DNA of 64,000 nucleotides, from NCBI GenBank assembly GCA_048128005.1, contig JBEUKZ010000010.1, positions 496,001 through 560,000 on the forward strand. The letters are read 5' to 3'. Position 1 is the stretch's first letter. The number at the start of each line of letters is the position of its first letter. Shown here one piece after another: positions 1 through 14,376 of the stretch. The stretch comes from Veleropilina oligotropha. Taxonomy: Eukaryota. Below the pieces are notes generated by a model. The model searched no databases and was not told the DNA's origin. It was given only the letters and a program-made list of their open reading frames with translations. A program made the position numbers and the translations under genes.

Positions 1-2997
1 TTTTACATTATCACATGACAAACCTGTTATGGAACGGTAGAAGCCGTTTCATAATATTCGATACAAAAGACACGTCCTATAAGTATGCAAATGAGGGCGA
101 GCATGATGCCAGGTTGTTGATTAGGTTGATTAGGCGGCGCATCACCCGCATTAACATATTGAATAATTCATGCGCGTTGACTTGTCGACTACTGACAAAA
201 CATAGATGTTGAACTATTTTTTATTGGCGTGCTTTCGAGGCGTGATGCGTCTCAGGCGTGGCAATTTATGGCTAAAAGTACTGACAGAAATTAATTTTAA
301 AACGTTACGAAATGAGTTTAAAAACGCAATAAAATAAGTTTAAAGGTATATGATACAAATATTGTTTGCAGCAATATCAACAGTTTTGATAATGATGTCT
401 AATATCTAATTGATAAAAGAACGAATTAAAATCACGCAAATTGGCTCCACAGCAGATGATTTCAATCAGTCATAAAAGAATCCAATATCATTAGTTTGCA
501 CGATCGTCGTGTATTTACACACGACGAGATGATGATCCGTGATATTAACCATATGATCATACACATCAACATTCGTATCTTCAATAAAATCAATTCTGCA
601 ACAGACAACTATATGAGATCTGGTGCATTTGTTAATTAAGATATGAAACATGTCCCAATCATCTCTTGGTAACCAATCTTGTGCAATGTGGAAATCATGT
701 TATTTCGGCACCAGTAGAACATAAACACCGCTTGCTCTGAACAGCTGAGCTGAAATCGATAACCTGCCAATAGAAACTGACACTGACAAACTGCAGAGAG
801 ATGAGCCCCTATGTGTGAAATGGACATGCTGACAGGGGACTCTTATACAGGTTGATATGCCACATGAAGACTGGAGTTAAAGCACCTGTCAAATTTATGC
901 ATACCACCTAAAGGCAACAAGAGTTCAATAACTTGTGATTCGATCATCATGGAGGTGTGGGCTGATCATCATGGAGGTGGGCCGATCATCATGGAGGTGT
1001 GGGCCAACCATAAAATACTGCAGTATTAGCAACATCATTAATGTTTCGAACATGGTCAATTTCATAAGTTTTAAACCATGTATACAGGCATTTATACTGT
1101 TACATTAAAGATAAATGTAGGCAAATAGTAGACGTTGGATGAGGAATTGATCAATCTTTACTGGCAACCAATAATATTTAATCATCAATCTGATTTATCA
1201 ATTGTTGTTGTCGATGAAAATGAACCGCCATGTATGTGCAATGACTGCAGCATTTATGAAAATATCTACAATGCAGAAAGACATTTACTTTACCATGGTG
1301 CCTCAACACTATCATGAAGTCCTATCATCTACATAAACAGTATGTAACAGACTGACTAACTTTATTAATGTACAGAATGAATATACCGTTCCCACAACAC
1401 AATACTTACCATGCATATGAATAAGCCATTGATCACAAACAGTAACTGTTAGCACAAATATATGTCATCTAGATCTGTGTGACTAAATATATAATAGTCA
1501 ACAGGAAACGAAATCTTGCACATGTATGAAATATGATCCAAAACTAAAGGATGTGTGGGTGATACTTTTGTCATCATTGCTAGAATGGATTTCGTAAAAC
1601 AATCTGATTCCGGATGGGACAATCCTCAATCCGTGGTCCGGATGAATCAAGTTCACGAAACAAAAGGAGAAATAACTACTGTACAATTATTAAAGGCCAC
1701 CATGAAAATGAAGAAACTTTATAGAAAATGTTGATCGATCTTATTAAAATACAATTAAATATAAATATTTATAAATAAAACTTTCATTAATTTAAATAAA
1801 TTTCAAATTCAAGCCATTGTACAGGATAACCTGTGTTTAATATTCATGACAACAGTACTTTAGCGCGACTGCTCCTGCATAACAAAGCCGTCCGTGTAAG
1901 AGGCGAGCCTCCAAGCCTAACACAATAACCTCGCTGCCTGCCAACCACTGTCGCAGTGCGCAGAGTAACAATACCTTACTTCCGTCGCATCTCCCTCCGT
2001 ATATTTACCTGATTACCTGTAACGATTTACGATTACACAATACCTGCGCATCCTGATGTCTGTCCACCACTCCCTGTAACGCTGTGGGCTAGAGCATGTT
2101 AAAGTGTCCCCAGCTCCAACGCCACAAGCCACTGTATATACTCCAATCAGCTGAGGAGACTGACACTGCTATTGTGTGTAAACACCGACTATGACCCACT
2201 TTGTGCTCAGTTGACCAGCGATTATAGTCTGTTTCTGATTGAGCGGTCTCGCGGAACAAAGGCAGCACGAATGAGCGAAACAAAGGCGGAAGTCATTTGA
2301 TCGGTCACAGAGCTGGCAACAGCCTGATTTGCATACAGTAGTGAATACACGGTGAGAAAATCATTAAATTATACTGCAGCCAGAGATATATCCAACTCTA
2401 ATGAGTTGTATCGGAGATGGGAGGTATGATATCTGAATCTAACAGCACACAACTACCTGTAAACAGTTACTTGATATACATTGATATTGAAATACTGCAG
2501 TTTAATTTTGCTGTCCTATTATAGTTTTATTTGTACATTAAATTATAAAGAACACATATAATTTTTTCAAAGAAAATAAATCCCAAAATATATACTGAAA
2601 TCTACCAGCTACATAATCTACCAGACCTATAAATACATGTATTGAAAATCAATTTAAATTTTATTATTTTAACATTCTATAAAATTTAATCCACATTCAC
2701 TGGTTCCGTTGAATAAAATCTATAAGCACTAAATCAGTGACATTCTACTGTCACGATCACCAGGATATGGCATATATATATACATGTGGCAACATGCTAG
2801 CAAAGTAAAACAGAACTGTGGTAATATATACTTATTAATAGCATTCCCTAAAGAACTATTTACACATGTCATGTAAATGTCAGTGTCATATATGTTGATG
2901 GCGTTAGAAACAGATTGTTGAAACTTAGGCATATAAATATATATGCATGTCATATTGCCAGTTATACTGCTGATTGAAAGGTTAACATATCACCTAA

Positions 2998-3444
2998 TCT
3001 TCTTAATATAATGGAGCTATAATTGTATGCGGGTCTGTCTGTCTGTCTGTTTCAAGTTGAACTCCTCCCAGACGCTTTGACCTAGGACCTTCAAACTTTG
3101 GGGGGTTAATCGGGGTCCCCCAAGGAAGGTTTACCACGAAAAAAATTCGGAAAATTCGCGAAAAAAAAAACAATTTACTATATCTTTTCATATAATGCAG
3201 CTATAATTTTATGTGTGCGTGTCTGTCTGTCTGTCTGTTTCAAGTTGAACTCCTCCCAGACGCTTTGACCTAGGACCTTCAAACTTTGGGGGGTTAATCG
3301 GGGTCCCACAAGGAAGGTTTACCACGAAAAAAATTCGGAAAATTCGGGAAAAAAAAAAAATATTTAAGGGAGCACTATCCAAAAAAAAAAAAAAAAAAAT
3401 TGGGGTGGGGGGACTTACCCGTCGAAGACGGGTACCAATGCTAG
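2998..3444 (+). mobile_element. Non-autonomous Helitron with tandemly duplicated 5' segment
   Basis: A|TC start at 2998; 3' hairpin TACCCGTC/GACGGGTA followed by CTAG|T at 3441-3445; two ~170-bp internal copies (about 3010-3170 and 3190-3360) containing (CTGT)n. Confidence 0.75.
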
Positions 3445-3532
3445 TTATATCAATATTCATAAATATGTACTTTGAAAATATACTTTCTACTAAATTTCAC
3501 TGTAACGATAAGCTCAAGAAATCAAAAGTTAA

Positions 3533-4685
3533 CTAGAAAAGTATGTTCCTCGGAACATGGATGATGCCCCGGTATGGATACAAATCTTCACACACAAATC
3601 ATCATATGCACATGCAATCTCACGCACTTAATACTTCGACACAAATGAGCTAGTATATTTTGTCACTTGAAATTTGGTGTCATAGACGTACATGATGTTA
3701 ATATGTGAAACGTATCACAGTTTGAACATAAATAATCATTCTGTACTGAAATAAATATAAAGAAGATTAGTTGCAATTTTTTTAGTTTTATCTATGTCGT
3801 ACTATTACTATCCATCAATTAAATGTAAGAAAACCTTCAACTAAAAACTTTAACAGAATCTCTTTTTTCCTAAAACATTCTATGTTCAAATACATCATTT
3901 TACAATATAAATTAAAATATATTTTTTGAAATTTGTTTCTTGAATGAAGGATTATGATGTGTATTATCCATATGAAAAGGTTTGGTACTGATAACCCTCC
4001 AATAAATGTAAGAAAAACTTTAACCAAAAACTTTAACCGAATCCCTTTTTTCATGAAAAAGTCTATGTTCAAATGCATCATTTTGCAATATAAATTAAAA
4101 TTATTTTTATTAAATTTGGATCTTAAATGAATGATTATGATATGTATTATCCATATGAAATGGTTTGGTATTGATATCCATCCATTAAATGTAAGAAAAC
4201 CTTCAACTAAAAACTTTAACCAAATCTCATTTTTCCTAAAAAAATTCTATGTTCAAATACGTCATTTTACAAAATAAAATAAAATATTTTTTTTTAAATA
4301 TGGGTCTTACATGAAGAATAATGATGTGTATTATGCATATGAAAAGGTTTGGTATTGATATCTTTCAAATAAATGTAAGAAAAACTTTAACCAAAAACTT
4401 TAACCGAATCCCTTTTTTCATGAAAAAGTCTATGTCCAAATGCGTCATTTTACACTATAAATTAAAATTATTTTTATTAAATTCGGGTCTTAAATGAAGG
4501 ATTATGATATGTATTATCCATATGAAAAGGTTTGGTATTGATATTCCTCCAATAAATATAAGAAAAACTTTAACCAAAAACTTTAACCAAATCTGCGGAC
4601 GTACGTACGTACGGATGTACGTACGGACGTACAGACGCAGTGAAAGCAATATGCCCTTCGGGACTACCGTCCCAGGGCATAAAAA
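3533..4685 (-). mobile_element. Helentron/HINE-like non-autonomous element carrying a ~183-bp tandem array
   Basis: CTAG plus hairpin ATGTTCC/GGAACAT at the left end; ATGCCC...GGGCATAAAAA hairpin at the right end; (ACGT)-type microsatellite at 4598-4632; units start near 3820, 4003, 4186, 4370 and 4553 and alternate between two variants. Confidence 0.65.
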
Positions 4686-5469
4686 GACAAACTCATGAGC
4701 TATAAATTCAGTGAAAATCAAGTATGGTCGTATCTGATTAGTCAAATATTTATTTGTATAGAGTCTACATTACAAAACTATAGTGATGCTACTTCACCGC
4801 AATTTCCATTTATGAAAAAAACATGAATTCCTTATTATGCCGTTGGCATCTTCACCATGGTCTATATAAAACTCATAAAGCATCTACAGATCCTCTCGAG
4901 ATTCCTGAGGTAACGGCTTATTTACAGCGTTTATGTCGGCTGGCTCTTGATAACTCAGCATATTTTCGAGATAAGTGGTCTGGGCCGCACCACCCACATG
5001 TATATTTACCCTAATCATCTTCGCCTTTCTAGATTCACGCCCTCTCAGGCAAATGATGTGTACCTTTGCTATGGTGCCTTTATCAATTTCCCCTTCTTTG
5101 TTTGCGTTCTTTTGAATATTCAAGACGCTTTGATCACATTGTCGCCAGGTAAATGCTATGTTTGTGTGTCAAGCGTTAATAAATTTAATATAATGGGACG
5201 CATACACAGAAAGCTTACAGATTTGATAACATCTGGGTGTACTATGGTACTTTGCGAGGATACAACAAAGCTTTCTGCTACAGTGTTGGAGTTTACAATG
5301 TCAACAGAGAAGTTCAGTCAGTGCAATAATCAATATTTTCAATTTACAAATTTACATGAAAATACAATGAACTACATTGATCGCTTTGAATTTTTATGTC
5401 CACTTACAAAGGATTTTAAAAGGAAAAGGAAAGGACTGATGCTTAATATCCTGTATATTTACAACCAGC

Positions 5470-5612
5470 AGGTTCACAGCAGACATGTCCATATTGTCAT
5501 GGGAGGAAAGCCGTCGCCCGAGGAAATCTGCCCTCTCCGACCAGATACGGACAACTTTGATTCATAACTGAACAAATAATGTCATGTCCCAACCGAGATT
5601 CGAACCCACTAC
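5470..5612 (-). mobile_element. SINE fragment (same family as 48805-49020)
   Basis: Shares ACATGTCCAT...GGGAGGAAA...CGCCCG...CGGACAACT...GATTCATAACT with 48805-48940; B-box-like GGTTCGAATC on the minus strand. Confidence 0.55.
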
Positions 5613-5730
5613 TGTTTTTCTCATTGGAGTTAAGTCACTGATTTTCTGATTTTGCAACCAAAAACGCACGACTGTCGGAGTGGCCAATTTTAAAAGAAAT
5701 TCATTTTAGACTCAGGTAATTAAGTATGGG

Positions 5731-5858
5731 ATAAACTACTGGATAGCGTTGAATAGTTCAGAGAAAACACTCCTGTCGAGGGCCGTGAGGCCCGAGGGCC
5801 GTGAGGCCCGAGACAGGAGTGTTTTCTCTGAAATATTCAATACTATCGAGTAGTTTAT
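5731..5858. repeat. ~128-bp imperfect palindrome with a duplicated GAGGGCCGTGAGGCCC core
   Basis: ATAAACTACT...CAGAGAAAACACTCCTGTC is the reverse complement of GACAGGAGTGTTTTCTCTG...AGTAGTTTAT. Confidence 0.8.
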
Positions 5859-8452
5859 GTCACTTAAAACATTTCACCATTGAACAATAGCCTCATTCCC
5901 CACCAGGTACCTCTATTGTAGTTAATTGGAGTGCAATAGTTGAATGAAATTCTTAATTGCCGTGTATTAGTTGAATGCCTTTAAACTATTCAACGGCTGG
6001 GCCAACAAAGCTTTGTTCTTCGATTGAATAGGCAGAATAAACAACTGCCCAGAACAATAGATGACGTCACAGAAATGTTTTAAATGTATATAACGTATAT
6101 ATATTGAGAATGAAAAGTCTGCACAAACCAGACAGTTATGGACAACTGTGCCGGTTAAAGCACTCAGCCAAGGGCTCGAACCCACTCCTGTTAAGCAGAG
6201 CAGTCTAGCAAGCAAATTTGAATCCAGGCTCTTATATCTGCTACACCAACAGGCGGTCTTGACATAAATTATGACTAGATTATTATCAGGACTGACATAA
6301 TATGAAGTTGTAATATTTAAGCACTCCAGACCCTTGTGGGTGGCCTGTAGCTATGACAAGGCAGTGATTGTCTACTCTCAGCTGTGAGGTCACTGACAAC
6401 TGGCTGGTTATTACCTACACCACAGGCAGACCTACTGTTCCCAGGCCATAAACCATTGTTCACAGTGTGTGGCATTTTGGTAATAGATAATTCACATGAC
6501 AGATTGAGATCATAGCAATAACGGTTCACCTTTGAAATAAGCGACCTTGTAAATTAATTCATAATATTTTCTGGCTTAGCTTTAAAGTGTTTGTCTGAGA
6601 AAATTAAAATCCCATTTAAGCGTACTAATATGAATAAAACATTTTATAAGACAATTGGAGACACGAGGGTAATTAATATTTTTGAGGTCATATACTGAAT
6701 ATACCTCAACATGTACCATGATTACCACCATATGCAATATATAAATACAGTATATAAAATTTTTGCTTAATTTTCTTATTTATTCTATCTCTTTTTTTTT
6801 TCACTTTTAATCTTGTTGCTTTTCTATGCACACCGTTAAATCATGACAGTTTAACGTAACCTGTATAGATGTAGCTGTATTATCTCTTACTATATTTCCC
6901 TGACATAATTATAATCGCTGGGACATTATAACACTAAGTAAAATAAATTATACAATTTACACCATGCAATGCATTTACATTGTTCACAATGCTAGCAGCT
7001 GTTGTTTTAGCATTAACAAGATACGACATGGAGCCCCTGCCCATTGCCTGAGGAGGGGGGTGTTCAAAACATAAACCTGCAGACACCATCGGATGCCAGT
7101 AAACGCATTTAATCTCTGACCTATGTATCCTGTAAATACTCTTCAGAAACTTCTTAAGAAACCAAAACGTTTAGCAGCCAGATGTACAGGAAATTTCCTG
7201 GCGTGGGCGTACAGTGTTAGAACAAACAACGGAAACGGGGTGCAAAAACATACTAATTTTAAGGGGCGTTCAATCCCCAGTGTTGACAATTGCCCTGCAG
7301 TAGGGAAATAAATATATATGTTTCTCGGTTCACCTAGCCGATCAAAGTGGGTACCGGTACCTGGCAGAACGTCCTATCGTTCACCTCTCAGAGGGAATTC
7401 ATTGAGCAGGAATCTTGGGTGGAACAGGCTCATAACTAGAGAGGCAACCACGAAGTTGAAAAATCATGTATATATTTTCAATTGTCAAATCATGACAGTA
7501 CGTGCTCAACACTTGGATGAAGACTATACATAAATAAACTATAGAAAAGGAAAATTCCACATGAGTCGCCAGATTTTGGGCCAGAAAAATGTTTCTAATG
7601 CTATTGAACACTTACTTAACCAGTACAAATTTTGCATTTTTAGACTTCCTATAATAAATACTTAAATGTCAAACTAGAAATGTTACAAACACAGAATTAG
7701 CAACCCATCTATTTTAGTAGTAATACACACATGAAATAAATAATGAGCACATTAAGGAAACTTGAAAATTGTTATCTTAATTAAATGTTAAAACCTCGTC
7801 TATGTGCTTGGCGGCTGCCTTTGTCTCCCTTTATATGCACCATCTGCCGATGTTCTCTGGAATATGTGATACAACCTCGATGTATATATCCAATCGCAAT
7901 ATCATAATTTGCTAATAGACCAGAGTCGCCAACCAAATATTTATCTGATCATTAACGAGTTCAAAAGTCCAGACAGCAGGTCAAAGGACCATTTACTGTA
8001 TGGTTGTATCCACTGAACTGTGAAGGGCTGGATAGCACAAATCATGGCATAATTGGTGCATAAATTTAAGTAAACAAATCATTATATTTATACTGTGATA
8101 TATAAGGGATTTAATGGTTTACTTCGCTGGATATGACATGATAGAGAAATTTAAAACGGATTTCCATTACAGATACTTACATGTACTAATAATTAACTAA
8201 AAGCTTCATTGTATATAAATATTGGCTTCAGTGGTCACCCATTGGGTAGGCTTCGAAAGTGCGGATATGAGACCTGGGTCAATTTTAACTAGCAAATCCT
8301 CTACTCAAGTTGAGGGGTGTGTATCTCCTAGCTCTCACGGCAGCCAAAATCGATAGACATCATGTCCTCATCATACCAAACGTTTATATCAAATTTTAAA
8401 CATATGGAACAACAACTTTTCACAGTAGAGCGCGCATAAGAGATCTAGTTAA

Positions 8453-10239
8453 CCCCTTATTCGCCGATCGGGAATTTTTGACCGATTCATAGCATAGTCA
8501 CAATTAACTTATCTTAGCTGATTCCCGTTGTACCTTGCCGCTCATAGAGGGCGCTCACTGTTGTAGCCATTGACAACGAACCAGGAAATAACAATAATGG
8601 CAGCTTTGAATTTGGATATATGGATTTTATATCGATAAAAAGTGACAATAAACAGTGGGCGTGGCACAACAACAACTGAGTTACATAAAGGCCAAGACCG
8701 TCATATTATACAATAGCTGACTTTGTGGAACCAAATTTACAGAAGTAACTTGGCATTAAAATGAGCAGCAACGTTACATAAACAGCTGATAATCTGCAAT
8801 GATGCAGAAAATATTGAAATGGACTCCAATTCCATAGAAATGTAGCAGTACGTCTCTGACCTCAGCAATTACAAGCCTCGCCATTTGGTCATTATATTGC
8901 AGGTAAATACATGTATGGAAATAATACATTCCGTAGTAGTGTATTATTGTATAAATGTATTATTTACTATTCTGTGTAAATAATATTCATACTTTGAAGC
9001 AAATATTTTATTTATACGCTGCATAATTAGATATTTGTAAGAAATAATTGAAATAAAGGGAGATAATTATTGAAATTAGATTGCATTTATATATATCCCT
9101 TGAAATGTGGTCATTTATTTTGTATTTTATGAATGTATATTGGATTGAACAATGTCATTTGGATTTTGATTACTTATATTACTGCAGCAGGATTTGATAC
9201 TAGTATATATATATTTTACATGAACTTTATTCGTATTATGAAAATAACTATATATAAGCTACTCTGTAGATTGTGTGGAACCCTGATGTATGTAAGTGTG
9301 TGTGGTTTTTTTTGTATACTTGTACAATTTGGTGTAACTGATTCCTTATTTATCTATTTCAGGTGATGACAACACCCTTCCACCTGTAGAGAGCAGTATA
9401 CGAGTAGTGAGGATTGATGTTCCGACATCTCAAAATCCTAGGACCAACTCAACACAAGACCCCTGCCCCCCCCCCCCCCCCCGTCCCTCCCTCCGCACAG
9501 TCTTCTACGGGTCCATACCACACATGGTTGCTCCAACATTATGCGAACTGAACAATGATGGTGTGAACTATTCAAAATGCTAATTTGAAGCCCTTCAGTT
9601 ACATACACATCCAGATTATCTATTATTCTTATAATTGTCATTTTATCTCTTTTTATTGAATACTACTGTTGATATAATACATGTAAATGATCAAATTCAT
9701 TGATATTTATCATATTTGTGGTTTCAAATGTTAGATATGTGTATTCTTATGACAATAACAATGTTATTGCAGATCTGCAGGCTGAAATATTTCCATCCTA
9801 CATATTTGTATGTTGGTCACTGATGTGGTTACCTATTTTGTTTTCATTTTTACAAAAACATATGTATTTTCATATGATATAAAAATGAATATTATTAAAA
9901 AATATGGTGCCAAATAAAATATAATATGATGATAATATAGAAAAGATATTATATAATTTTTGTGAACAGTAAATATGTATTTTTCCTATCTAATTTGAAT
10001 ATTATAATAAATTTTCATTTTTACTCAACAAAATATTATTTGTTTATGTTATTTTTATTTATAAAATATCCTAGATATGACTTCAAATGTTTGATTTTCA
10101 GAAAGATTACTCAATTTCCATTCAGAAATGTCTAGTTTTATCTAGTTTCCATGAGTAAAAAAACACCAACAAATAAGTGCCATAAATGGTATATGTCATT
10201 CTACAAATATTTACCCTAGAAAACTCAGCGGACAAGGGG
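8453..10239. mobile_element. Non-autonomous piggyBac-like DNA transposon
   Basis: TTAA at 8449-8452 and 10240-10243; TIRs CCCCTTATTCGCCGA / TCAGCGGACAAGGGG; it interrupts a ~150-bp repeat array that resumes at 10244. Confidence 0.75.
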
Positions 10240-11286
10240 TTAAAGGAAACGGCCGCTGTGGCGGCCATCTTGGATCCGAAAACAACGAAAATCGTTAGGC
10301 GGTGTGTCCTCATCTTAAGTAACATCATATGCATACCAAATTTGAATCAAATCGGATTAGAACTTTTAACGTTAGAGCTCGCACATTAAATCTTGTCAAA
10401 CAAATGGTGGCCACGGTGGCCATCTTGGATCCGAAAACGACGAAAATTGTTAGGCGGCATGTCTTCATCGTAACTAAAGCGCATACCAAATTTGAATCAA
10501 ATCAGATTAAAAAAATTTCACGGTAGAGTGCATACAAGAATTATCTGCGATGACTAAACCATACTATATACCAGACTATTGTCCGGGGATGCAATTAAAC
10601 TAAAACCTCAAAAGGGGCTTCAGTCTGCCACTGCACAAAATTTTATTTCTTAATACATGTACATCATCATGTCAAATACACAACTGACTATGGTATACAA
10701 GCACCTTACACATTCTGATTCAAACATATATTATATACATGTACTTCTAAACATCATTGCTACAAGAATTCTAATATTTCAGTGTTAAAAATTATCGGGC
10801 AGCCACACATATTGATAATATATATCAGGCAGATATATATCCCAAAAATTTTTCTCTCTAATTGCTTACAAACATGTTAAATACTCAAACTTCAGTCAGT
10901 TTTTCCACCATTAATAAGGTCAACAGTGGTGTTGATAACAGCCGGGGTATACAGTTCACAGACCATTTCTCCAAATGAAACCAATTACTTTCACTTTACC
11001 ATGGCTGATCCCTCCCATGTGGATTTGACAGGTTCAGTTCTTAAAATAACCAGATCAATCTATATCAGATTCAATTAATTGGTACAAGCCAGCATTGATA
11101 TTCAACAGAAATAATAGTGCCAATATTAGGCTTTAGTGTAAGATGCTGAAATCTGCTAAGCACCGTAAGAATTAAAATTTAAGACTTACTTTAAAATCTG
11201 AGCAGTTCAATATGTCAGAAAAGTATATACTGTATTGTGCAAACATCATATTTATTGTTAATTTTAACAAGACGACAAAGCCATCA

Positions 11287-11771
11287 CAGGGTTCGTACAG
11301 ACAAGACTTGATGAAATTCAAGCACTTTTCCAGTACTTTTCAAGTACAAAATTTGAATTTTCAAGTACACAGAAAAATAAAATTTAGCTAGCATACAGCG
11401 ACGATACGTACCATATTGAGGATCGCCGGTGCCATTCGCACTATAACGTAGTATATTCAGGCACCGGGTCCGGACAACATTCCGCAATTACTCCTGTCCA
11501 TCAGACCGACTTTCGTTCATTCACTATATATGGAGTTACTTCCGTTCGCGCATTTACCGTAAATATTCTGAACTTTGAGCGTAGTTTTAGTTTTAGTTTT
11601 AATTTTTTCCCCCTTTAAATTCAAGTACTTTTAAAGCACGACTCTGGATTTTTAAGTACTTTTTAAGTACCAAAATGAAATTTCAACACTTCTCATGCGT
11701 ATTTGCAAGAATTAAGTACTTTTCATTTTTTCTTCAGAATTCAAGTTCTTTTCAAATCTGTGCGAACCCTG
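11287..11771. mobile_element. MITE, hAT5-like (5-bp TSD)
   Basis: TIR CAGGGTTCGTACAGA / TCTGTGCGAACCCTG; direct repeat CATCA at 11282-11286 and 11772-11776; internal AAGTACTTTT subterminal repeats. Confidence 0.75.
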
Positions 11772-11849
11772 CATCATTATTCCCCGCAATGATACATTCG
11801 CAATAATTACTATATGCTGTATGTTCTTGAAACATTATCATTGATTTCA

Positions 11850-12430
11850 ATAATAACAAGGGCAATAACTCTGTCATTAATCATGACGCCACGTTAAAAT
11901 TATGAGAAGGCACCAGTTAACCAACTACTGAATACACCCACCAAGTTTCGTAATGATAACTCAAGCACTTATGAGATATAGTCGGGAATAACAAAATTAA
12001 AGCAATGGCAATAACTCTGTGAATATTTGACATACGTCGAAATTAACTGCTTAATACACCCACCAAATTGCATAAAGTTATGCCGAGCAGTTTATGAGAT
12101 ACGCTTCGGAAAGGAGAACAGTAACAAATTAACAAGGGCATTAACTCTGTTTATGATCACCACACAATGTCGAAACTATCAAAATGCACCAGTTCACCGA
12201 CTACTTAATACATCCAGCAAGTTTCGTCAAGTTATGTCGAGCGGTGTATGAGCTATGCTCCGGAAAATATAACATTTTAACGAATTTAGAACAAGGGAAA
12301 TAACTCTGTTAATAATAGCGACACGACGTCAAAACCAGCAAAAGGCACAAATTCACAGAGTACTTAATACACCCAGGAAGTTTCAAAAAGTTTTGTCGAG
12401 CGGTGTATGAGATATGCTCTGGAAAAGATA
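11850..12430. repeat. Diverged tandem array (~140-160-bp units, AACAAGGGCAATAACTCTGT motif)
   Basis: Motif variants recur near 11856, 12000, 12131 and 12290. Confidence 0.6.
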
Positions 12431-13533
12431 ATTTGCACGGATAGACAAACGGTCTGCATTTTAATACCCAAATATATCATACACAACAGAACAATCAATC
12501 TGGTACAACAAGTCATTTGAGACTTCATCAAACAATAAGGCAGCATTTGGTCAACTCATTATGACCACAGTCGGGACATTTTGTCAGTTGTTTTTCAGCT
12601 AATAAACAAGCTTATTTAGTTACATGAAACAAAAAAAATGTTTTTGTGAACTATAGAAATAGTTCAATGCCGGCTAACACAACATTGTTGCAGAAACCAA
12701 AGCTCTTAGAGTGGAGCCAGGCTCTGATTTCCATGAAGATAAGGAGACCTGATAGTTCAAGTCAGGCACAGACATGTTTTATAGTGACCCTGGTCACATA
12801 CCACCAGGAGAAGGTGGGAAAGGGTCAAGGGAGACAGACAAGGAATGACAAACATGGCATAAATCCAAAGACTGTGGATTGGCATTGGGTTTTTTAGTCT
12901 GGATTTTCAAATCTGTCTGGAAACTAGAACGCTCAGTCATGAGTGACCACATATGTATCCCCTGGTAATGACCAGATGGTGTCTTAAGAGCGATCACAGG
13001 GAACTATGCTATAAAATCCAAAATTGAAGCCACAGCGGCCATCTTGAAGGTCAGGCCACTCCCAAATTCTATGTGTCGTGTCCTCACCCAAACCAATGCA
13101 CATACCAAATTTGAGAACATTCCGTTAAGAAATGGCCTGTCTAGAGCGATCACGAGGAATTATGCTTTAAAATCCAAGATGGAGGCCACGGCGGACATCT
13201 TGGAGGTCGGACCACACCCAAATTCTATAGGTGTCATGTCCTCGCCCCAACCAATGCACATACAAAATTTGAAAACATTCCGTTATGAAATGCCCTGTCT
13301 AGAGCGATCACGAGGAATCTCTCGGCAGACGCGGACGCTAACCCATAGTATCCCCCCCCCCCCCCCCCGGACACTTTCGTTTCATTTCGGGGGATACAAA
13401 AAGTATGGTTGGTTGGATGCTTATTGTCTATGGCAATATAACACGGGTTGGGGGGAGGGTGTCTTCAAGCAGTGAACATTTTGAAAAGTTCACTATGGAA
13501 TACTAGCACAATCAGCATTATATGAGCAATTTT

Positions 13534-14376
13534 GAGAGCAATGCGGCTTACGCCATGACCCACTACGTCACTGGGTGGCAACAACACGAGAGAGCAATGC
13601 GGCTTATGCCATGACCCACTACGTCACTGGGTGGCAACAACACGAGAAGGCAATGCGGCTTATGCCATGACCCACTACATCACTGGGTGGCAACAACACG
13701 ACAGAGCTTAATGCGGTTTATGCCATGACCCACTACGTCACTGGGTGGCAACAACACGACAGAGCAATGCGGTTTATGCCATGACCCACTACGTCACTGG
13801 GTGGCAACAACATGAGCGAGCATTTTGGCTTATGCCATGACCCACTACGTCACTGGGTGGCAACAACACGAGAGAGCAATGCGGTTTATGCCATGACCCA
13901 CTACGTCACTGGGTGGCAACAACACGAGAAGGCAATGCGGCTTATGCCATGACCCACTACGTCACTGCGTGGCAACAACACAAGAGAGCAATGCGGTTTA
14001 TGCCATGACCCACTACGTCACTGGGTGGCAACAACACGAGAGAGCAATGCGGCTTATGCCATGACCCACTACGTCACTGGGTGGCAACAACACGAGAAGG
14101 CAATGCGGCTTATGCCATGACCCACTACATCACTGGGTGGCAACAACATGAGAGAGCATTTTGGCTTATGCCATGACCCACTACGTCACTGGGTGGCAAC
14201 AACACGACAGAGCTATGCGGTTTATGCCATGACCCACTACGTCACTGGGTGGCAACAACACGAGAAGGCAATGCGGCTTATGCCATGACCCACTACATCA
14301 CTGGGTGGCAACAACATGAGAGAGCATTTTGGCTTATGCCATGACTCACTACGTCACTGGGTGGCAACAACACGAG
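13534..14376. repeat. 56-bp minisatellite, 15 copies
   Basis: Unit GAGAGAGCAATGCGGCTTATGCCATGACCCACTACGTCACTGGGTGGCAACAACAC; 15 occurrences counted of the CTGGGTGGC motif or its one CTGCGTGGC variant. Confidence 0.95.

Noticed and set aside
4947..5567. 206-aa ORF as a host gene
   Set aside because: No recognisable domain, non-ATG start, and its 3' end runs into a SINE fragment.
13534..14376. CRISPR-like array
   Set aside because: Units are contiguous and near-identical with no unique spacers; there are no cas genes and the context is eukaryotic.
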